Positions 56,380-64,000 of a stretch of DNA of 64,000 nucleotides are shown in pieces. Made by a program: the position numbers and the translations under genes. Source of the stretch: Macrostomum lignano (lineage: Eukaryota); contig NIVC01000020.1 in assembly GCA_002269645.1 (NCBI GenBank), positions 434,001-498,000 on the forward strand, written 5' to 3'. The first letter of the stretch is position 1. Each line of letters begins with the position of its first letter. The notes beneath the pieces are model-generated. The model saw nothing but the letters and a program-made list of their open reading frames with translations, was not told where the DNA came from and did not search any database.

Positions 56380-59300
56380 CTGCGGGAACGGGAAAAGTGG
56401 GCGTGTACTTTTGCCTGTGTACTTTTATCTGCGTACTTTTGCCCGCGTACTTTTATTTGTGTACTTTTCCCGCTTCCATGCTTGTAATTCTAAATGTGTA
56501 CTTTTGTTTGTGTACTTTTGTGACTCATTTTACTTGCCTTCTTTATGTATGCAATTGTAAATGCATGATTTGGTTTATGCGCTTAATTTTAATCCTGCAC
56601 TTTTGCTTGTGTCTGAACTTTTGCCCTGTTTTACTTTAACACTCATTCACTAGCCGGGGAGCCCGAACTCACCCACAGCCGGCTGCCCGTTCTCCACACT
56701 CAGCTGATCGTCAAGTCGGGTTTTGTCCTTCACAGAGCGCAGCACCTGGCTCATCTCCTCCTCGAAGCTGCTGTAGTCCAGGGCGCAGTACCGGCCGCGC
56801 CAGGCGATGTAGCCTGCGGAGCAGGAGGGGCATCGAGAGAGCGTCAGTTGCCATGGCAACGGCTGAATAAAAATTGAATCCGTATTAATTAATAATTTAC
56901 CTTCGGAGTGGACAGCCACAAAGAATGGCACGCCAACAATGTGGAAGGCCTCGGCGGTGGACATCGGCTCATCGTCTGCGGGCGCCAAGGGTGAAGGACA
57001 TTGCAGTCTGGTAGCTTTGGGCGCCAAGGGTGAAGGACATTGCAGTCTGGTAGCTTTGGGCGCCAAGGGTGAAGGACATTGCAGTCTGGTAGCTCTGGGC
57101 GCCAAGGGTGAAGGACATTGCAGTCTGGTAGCTCAGGGCGCCAAGGGTGAAGGACATTGCAGTCTGGTAGCTCAGGGCGCCAAGGGTGCAGGACATTGCA
57201 GTCTGGTAGCTCTGGGCGCCAAGGGTGAAGGACACTGCAGTCTGGTAGCTCTGGGCGCCAAGGGTGAAGGACATTGCAGTCTGGTACTGGTAGCTTTGGG
57301 CGCCAAGGGTGAAGGACATTGCAGTCTGGTACTGGTAGCTTTGGGCGCCAAGGGTGAAGGACATTGCAGTCTGGTACTGGTAGCTCTGGGCGCCAAGGGT
57401 GAAGGATATTGCAGTCTGGTAGCTTTGGGCGCCAAGGGTGCAGGACATTGCAGTCTGGTAGCTTTGGGCGCCAAGGGTGAAGGACATTGCAGTCTGGTAG
57501 CTCTGGGCTCGCACTACAGGAAAGAGACTGGCACAGCACTTTTGAGCTTGCGTCAAAATTTTACAGTAGAGCCTGTGAAATCGATCAGATCGCAGCCCTA
57601 TTCAAAGACTCCTGGCTGAGCGCGTTTGCACAACAAATATTCACGCCATAAATGCGGGGTAATGAAAAGTGAGATTCTTCATCTGAGTTCAATAAGCAGC
57701 TGCAGAAGCAGTCAGGCACGACAAGAGCCGACTGCTGAGTAGAGCTAAATTACACCGAGCACAACACCGATGTGTGACGACTTTTCAAAGCCCGAACTCA
57801 CCAGCTCGAGAGCGGCCTTTTTTCGGCACTGGAAAATGGGGTGCCACATTTTGCAAACTTGGGTCAGCATGGGGTTGCAGTGGCACTTTTTGGCTCAGCC
57901 ACCTGAATGACTCACTTGACCTGCTGACTCCTTGGATTGCCCTGCCCGATGACTCACTTGACCCACCGCTCTGCCCGATGACGCACTTGACCCACCATCC
58001 TGCCCGATGGCTCACTTGACCCACCGCTCTGCCCGATGGCTCACTTGACCCACCCCCTACCCGATAATTCACTCTGTCCGATAACTCACTTGACCCACCC
58101 ACTGCCCAATGACTCACTTGACCCACCCACTGCCCGATGAATCACTTGACCCACCCACTGCCCGATGACTCACTTGACCCACCCACTGCCCAATGACTCA
58201 CTTGACCCACCCACTGCCCGATGACTCACTTGACCCACCCACTGCCCAATGACTCACTTGACCCACCCACTGCCCGATAACTCACTTGACCCACTTCTCT
58301 GCCCAATGACTCACTTAAGCCCCCCTGCCCGATGACTCACTTAAGCCCCCCTGCCCGATGACTCACTTGACCCTTTGACCCGGTCAACAGCATAGACGTG
58401 GGTGAGTCCGTCAGTCTCCAGCGCCAGCTCCTTGATGCAGTGCTGCAGGGCGCTCCGCTCGTGCGCATTGTCGAACCGCTGCGTTGCTATGGCAACGAAG
58501 TCGAATTGCCTACGCAGTTCGGCGGCCAGGCGGACGAAGAACTTGACGTAGCGGATGGAGGCCACGCACCAGCGGGTCCAGAAGCAGAGCAGCGTGACGC
58601 TCTTCGGGCCGCCTGGCGGGAACAGCCGCTGCCGCTCCCCGCCCGGCAGCTGCTGCACGTGGGCGGCCGGGGCCGGCACGAACTGGTTGAGGAAGCCCGG
58701 GTTGTAGTAGTTCAGGAAGTTGCGGCGCTCCACCGCCAGCGTCTCCTGGTACAGGCAGCAGCCCTTCTTGGGCCACCTGCGACAGCGGGGGGTGCGGAGC
58801 CTTGGATAGACAGTGCTCAGACTTCTGCCGTTTCATCCCACCTCTCTCCATCACTTGTATCTAATCTCTCCACCTCTGTCCCTCTCTCTATCTTTTCATA
58901 TGTATCTAATCTTCATCTAATCTGTCTCCCTCTATCCCTCTCTTCTCTCTCCCCGTCTCCCATCAGCCTCAGCCGCATTCCAGATTCCACAGTGCCCAGC
59001 GCATTAGAAGCAGTTCAGCCCAACAAGCAGCGCTGATCAATCTGGTTCAGTTCAGCGCCCACCGCTATTCAAACTGAAAAGGCTTCACAAGAATGACACA
59101 AAAATGAATGCCAGGCGCCTCGCACGAATTCCTTCCTTCCGCCAAAGCCACCTGAATGACGCAGCAAAATGCGCGCTTCCTCTGACGGCCTCCGCCAAAA
59201 ATGGCATCGCGGACGAGGCGACATTCCCCCCCCCCGACACTGCCGCCTGCCCGTTCCGCCATCTTCCTGTCGTAATTCGCGCTTCTCTGGGACTCCCGGC

Positions 59301-62300
59301 TGCCAGTTCCCCAAGCCCCAATTTGCGTATCCCACATCCCATTGTGCTGCAGCCAGCTCAGGCACTCAAAGCAAATTTGGGATTTCCTACAGCCTCAGAG
59401 GGTGGGACGCTGCGGGGTGCGGCGCTAATGCGAGTTGACTGCGGGAGGCCCCCAGGGGCGGCCGCTGCCTGACAGGAATTCCTTGCAGGGGATCGGGGAG
59501 ACAAGACAGGCAGAGAGCCTCGGAGAGCAGGGGGATATCTTCCCCATTCAGAGCCATTGTGACTATGGGATCATTCACAGCCGGCTGTGGCGGCGCCAGC
59601 TGGCGGCGAAGGAGCTGCTTTTCCTAGAAAGCTGGACAGCCGCTGATCGCGAAGCGACCCTGCCGCCTTCTTCGCCATTGTTCCTACAGGGGGATTTGCT
59701 AGCTCAGCCCTCCCGTAATCCCTGATTTCCCTGATTGCCCAGGCCGCAGCATTCGGCAAAAAATAAACAGAAGTCACCCGAGTTAACTTCTCACTTCGTT
59801 TCGGCTGAACTTCAGTGCGCAAAGGGGCCTGACTTGGCGAACTCTGGCCCGACTCAGCAGCTAGACTCAGCAACTAGACTCAGCAACTAGACTCAGCAAC
59901 TAGACTCAGCAACTAGACTCAGCGACTAGACTCAGCAACTAGACTCAGCAACTAGACTCAGCAACTAGATTCAGCAACTAGACTCAGCAACTAGACTCAG
60001 CAACTAGACTCAGCAACTAGACTCAGCGACTAGACTTAGCAACTAGACTCAGCAACTAGACTCAGCGACTAGACTCAGCAACTAGACTCAGCAACTAGAC
60101 CCAGCAACTAGACTCAGAAAATAGACTCAGCAACTAGATTCAGCAACTAGACTCAGCGACTAGACTCAGCAACTAGACTCAGCAACTAGACTCAGCAACT
60201 AGACTCAGCAACTAGACTCAGCAACTAGACTCAGCAACTAGATTCAGCAACTAGACTCAGCAACTAGACTCAGCGACTAGACTCAGCAACTAGACTCATC
60301 GACTAGACTCAGTAACTAGACTCAGCAACTAGACTCAGCGACTAGACTCAGCGACTAGACTCAGCGACTAGACTCAGTAACTAGACTCAGCGACTAGACT
60401 CAGCGACTAGACTCAGTAACTAGACTCGGCAACTAGACTCAGCAATTAGACTCAGCAACTAGACTCAGCGACTCGACTCAGCGACTAGACTCAGTAACTA
60501 GACTCGGCAACTAGACTCAGCAATTAGACTCAGCAACTAGACTCAGCGACTAGACTCAGCGACTCGACTCAGCAACTCGACTCAGCAACTAGACTCGGCA
60601 ACTAGACTCAGCAATTAGACTCAGCAACTAGACTCAGCGACTAGACTCAGCGACTCGACTCAGCAACTCGACTCAGCAACTAGACTCAGCAACTAGACTC
60701 AGCAACTAGACTCAGCAACTAGACTCAGCAACTCGACTTCTCAGTAACAGGACTCACTTCTCTCCGCAGTGAACCTCGTGAATGCAGTAGAAGGCCATGG
60801 GCTGGAACGGGTCTGTCAGCACCTCGACCATGTTGCTCTCCGGTGACTGTGTGCCCTGGGACTCGCACAGCGCCACCATGCTGACTGCGTGGCTGGGCCG
60901 GTCTGTGCTCAGCTTGATCCGCACGCTGGACATGCCCTGATGCAGCGCCGAGCCGTACTGCCGGCCGTCCACCAGCACCCGGTAGCCCGACAGCGGCACC
61001 TCCTGGTTGGACTGCGGGCAGGCCCAGGACACCTGCAGCACGAACTCGCCAGTGTAGGCCTCCAGCGACTTGAAGCAGTCCTCCAGGGAGTCCATGATCT
61101 GCGCGGGTGGCGGCGGGGTCATTCAGTGCACAGTTGAAGGGCAACTCGCATCAGCTGAGCGCGCATGCCGAGGCAGCTGCCACAGCAAACAGATTACTGA
61201 AATCCCCAGCTGCCTCAGATGAACTGGCGCTCCCACCTGCTGCAGGGATTGAAGCTGTGCTCAGCGGGGCGCGCCAAGCACTCAGCCAGCTCGCTTCCCG
61301 GCCGAAAAAGTGCAGCAAAATGAATTATGCAGATTCATCGCTTGCTGTGCAGCCTCCAGACAGATGAGGGGGTGAGGATTCTCGGGGCGGGGCTTCCAGC
61401 CCACCCGACTGCAGCCTCCCCACTTGCTAATGATTTCGGGACTAAAAAGCAATCCGCCTCTTTCTTAGCTTCATCTGCTTCTGCTCGAGCGTGTCTTACG
61501 TGAAGAAATTTCAATTAAAAAATTAATGAGGCCGCTAATAGAGACAGGGATTTATTTCCCAGTGTAAGAAACTCTTCAAAGCGATGAGTCAATCACAATT
61601 ACTTCATGGTGAAAACCGGCAAGAAGCGTCTGCTAAGAAAATAACGTCAATCTAAACCTCGATTATGAAATCTCTAACTGCTAGATGAAGATGCGGGAAG
61701 ACTTTCTAAGAAATCGAAGGCTCCTCCTGCGGACAGTTCAGTGGGAGTTCTGCAGATGGTTGGCTTCATTTTAACAGTTCGTTAAAGCATCATTTGAAAA
61801 CACAAACATTCCCCAGAGATCTATTCTTGACAAAGGAAGCTCGGTTAATGGCAGGAAAACCGGCACGAGAATTTCATGCTCTCGCGCAAATAGAATTTAA
61901 ATTTAGGCACTGCCCGCTCAGCAACTGAGTCTGGCGATTAATTGAATTGATTAATTTTGGATTTCGACTCCAGCGTGACGAAGGCCTGAGTTGATTCGCG
62001 AACTATTTATTTATTTCAGGATGATTTCAGAAATTTGAAAATCGCTTTTCATTGTTTCATTCAGTCGGGGAGTCGCTGCAAGCACAGGATATTCGAGCTC
62101 TTGTTCATTTTAATGCACACGGATCTCCTGCCTACTAATCCTGAGCCTAAGCCTACATATCGTATGAGTATGTCGGATGAGGATGTCGGATGAGGATGTC
62201 GGATGAGGATGTCGGATGAGGATGTCGGATGAGGATGTCGGATGAGGATGTCGGATGAGGATGTCGATGAGTGTGTCGGATGAGGATGTCGATGAGTGTG

Positions 62301-64000
62301 TCGATGAGTGTATCGGATGAGGATGTCGATGAGGATGTCTATGAGTATGTCGGATGAGGATGTCGGATGAGGATGTCGGATGAGGATGTCGGATGAGGAT
62401 GTCGATGAGTGTGTCGGATGAGGGTGTCGGATGAGGATGTCGATGAGGATGTCGATGAGTGTGTCGGATGAGGATGTCGATGAGGATGTCGGATGAGGAT
62501 GTCGATGAGTGTGTCGGATGAGGATGTCGATGAGTGTGTCGGATGAGGATGTCGATGAGGATGTCAGATGAGGGTGTCGGATGAGGATGTCGATGAGGAT
62601 GTCGATGAGTGTGTCGGATGAGGATGTCGATGAGGATGTCGATGAGGATGTCGATGAGTGTGTCGGATGAGGATGTCGGATGAGGATGTCGATGAGTATG
62701 TCGATGAGTGTGTCAGATGAGGATGTCGATGAGGATGTCGATGAGTGTATCGGATGAGGATGTTGATGAGGATGTCGATGAGTGTGTCGGATGAGGATGT
62801 CGATGAGTATGTCGATGAGTGTGTCGGATGAGGATGTCGATGAGGATGTCTATGAGGATGTCGGATGAGGATGTCGATGATGATGTCAATGAGGGTGTGG
62901 ATGAGGGTGTCGATGAGGGTGTTGATGAGGGTGTTGCTGTTATCAGCAGCCCTCTCTCACCTGGTTGTAAGTCTCCGTGTACTTCGCCAGCAGCTGCGTC
63001 TCCTCCAGCGTCTTTGTCGGCAGCATGTGGATGTTGTGGATCCGCCGCACGTGGCGGTCCCGCCGATTCACCAGCCGGCAGACAGCGGCCTCGAGTTGCC
63101 GGCGCTGCTCCAGGCCGACCACCGACACTGTGACCGTCGGCGGGTCCGGGGTCAGAGTCGGCTGCACTGTCAGGGCCGCGGACAGCACAGCCATCTGGGT
63201 GCCGTGCAGCTGCACCTCCAGCTGCAGGTGGTAGGTGCCCGAGCGCAGCCCCGTCACCTCCGCCTCCCGAGTCTCCGGGTGCAGCGGGCCGACTACGCGG
63301 ATCACCTGGCCCGTGTCGGCCAGCTTGCAGATAAGGCGGAACTGCTTCAGCTTGACGCCCTCCGTCAGGAACGGCGCCGGCCAGGCGACCCGGGCGGCGC
63401 CGCTGACGGAGCCGGCGAGGGGCCGCAGCTCGCCGGGCAGGCAGCCGGGCCACGTGACGAGCAGGCTGTCGCTGGGCTTGCTGTTGAAGCGGGGGTCATT
63501 GCTGATGGCCTGCACCTGTAGGGGGTGTCGGGGCGGGGTTTTGAGGAGTCAGTTGTTTGCCAGTTACTGTCAAATGTGCTTGTTTCGTGATGTACAATGG
63601 GGTGTGTCAGTGATGTGTCAGCGATGTGTCGGTCATGTGTCAGAGATGTGCCGGTAATGTGTCAGCGATGTGTCGGTAATGTGTCAGAGGTGTGTTAGTG
63701 ATGTGTCAGAGATGTGCCGGTAATGTGTCAGTTGGGTCTCTGCTAAAAAACAAGCGGGAGCCACTGTCGCACCTGGAAGCTGTAGTCCTGGCACCAGCGG
63801 CCCTTGCAGTAGGTGTAGCTGGTCTCCCCGGCGCCCAGCGTCTCCTCCACCACCCCGTTGATGAAGACCTTGTAGCCGGCCACGGCAGCATCTCCGTAGT
63901 GCCGCGGCTCCGTCCAGTGCACGGCGATGTAGGAGAAGTTGCAGGCGCGGAGGCGCAGCAGGGGGGTGTCGATCGGGGCGCAGGTCTGCGCGCGCAGGGC
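56049..64000 (-). CDS. 3' part (8 exons, 665 aa, 5'-incomplete) of an uncharacterised multi-FN3 plus thioredoxin-like protein
   Basis: Exons 63773-64000, 62961-63515, 60758-61098, 58367-58776, 56901-56975, 56673-56813, 56292-56379 and 56049-56208. All have GT/AG borders and matching phases (0,0,2,1,1,1,2) and sum to 1998 nt ending in TGA. Confidence 0.8.
56673..56975 (-). CDS. FN3-Trx gene exons 56901-56975 and 56673-56813 (thioredoxin C-half)
   Basis: AEAFHIVGVPFFVAVHSEG|YIAWRGRY: the cis-Pro loop and beta-hairpin of the Trx fold; 87-nt intron. Confidence 0.8.
56980..57507. repeat. 39-bp (45-bp variant) minisatellite at an intron 3' end
   Basis: Unit gggcgccaagggtgaaggacattgcagtctggtagcttt. 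Confidence 0.95.
57905..58372. repeat. 28-bp minisatellite at an intron 5' end
   Basis: Unit atgactcacttgacccacccactgcccg. Confidence 0.93.
58367..58776 (-). CDS. FN3-Trx gene exon (thioredoxin/redoxin-like N-half)
   Basis: KSVTLLCFWTRWCVASIRYVKFFVRLAAELRRQFDFVAI. Confidence 0.85.
59862..60736. repeat. 13-bp intronic minisatellite, ~65 copies
   Basis: Unit agactcagcaact. Confidence 0.95.
60758..61098 (-). CDS. FN3-Trx gene exon (remainder of the FN3 domain)
   Basis: CAG|IMDSLE...LQVSW...SGYRVLVDG...SPESN...|GTGAGT. Confidence 0.85.
62163..62935. repeat. 12/13-bp intronic minisatellite
   Basis: Units ggatgaggatgtc / gatgagtgtgtc. Confidence 0.93.
62961..63515 (-). CDS. FN3-Trx gene exon (FN3 domain plus start of a split FN3)
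   Basis: CAG|VQAISNDPRFNSKPS...ARVAW...VTGLRSGTYHLQLEV...PDPPTVTV...YNQ|GTGAGA. Confidence 0.85.
63600..63731. repeat. 11-bp degenerate intronic repeat
   Basis: Unit atgtgtcagcg. Confidence 0.8.
63773..64000 (-). CDS. FN3-Trx gene exon (FN3 domain)
   Basis: PIDTPLLRLRACNFSYIAVHWTEPRHYGDAAVAGYKVFING...YSFQ|GT. Confidence 0.85.

Noticed and set aside
28117-57619. Long repetitive ORFs in the ORF track (28117-28965, 39779-41759 series, 44305-45915 series, 50011-51016, 51230-52218, 52926-54502, 56889-57619)
   Set aside because: They are translations of tandem arrays, open in several frames and on both strands, with no splice or codon-bias support.
60758-64000. Calling the FN3 gene RIMS-binding protein
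   Set aside because: The FN3 units look similar, but RIM-BP ends in SH3 domains and this gene ends in a Trx-like domain.

Overview
Eukaryotic (animal) genomic DNA. GC-rich exons, minisatellite-filled introns and a short-S4 Shaker channel suggest a free-living flatworm such as Macrostomum; this is inference only. The left half (1-36 kb) is a TE-rich, duplicated locus. It starts with the 3' end of an RNase-H-containing LINE. An ~5 kb unit is present twice (1590-4552 plus 17304-~19600, and ~30900-35730); each copy holds a decayed mariner and a two-exon IFI27/IFI6 (ISG12)-like gene with a conserved upstream cluster of IRF/ISRE-like motifs. The first copy is split by a young 12.7 kb Ty3/gypsy LTR retrotransposon on the minus strand (ATTT TSD, tRNA-His PBS, GGGAAAC frameshift site). 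This element carries, in the env position, an intact 283-aa ORF with a DnaJ/J-domain (HPD motif). It also has a 3.34 kb internal tandem duplication and a Tc1/IS630-like element nested in its 5' LTR. A second, degenerate, 5'-truncated gypsy element lies at 24.2-27.9 kb. The right half has about 15 tandem-repeat arrays, an intronless Shaker/Kv1-type K+ channel with a shortened S4 and a polar S6 gate, and the last 8 exons of a minus-strand gene encoding FN3 domains plus a C-terminal thioredoxin-like (WCxxS) domain. One intron of that gene is built from arrays of its own splice sites. No rRNA, tRNA gene or CRISPR array is supported.
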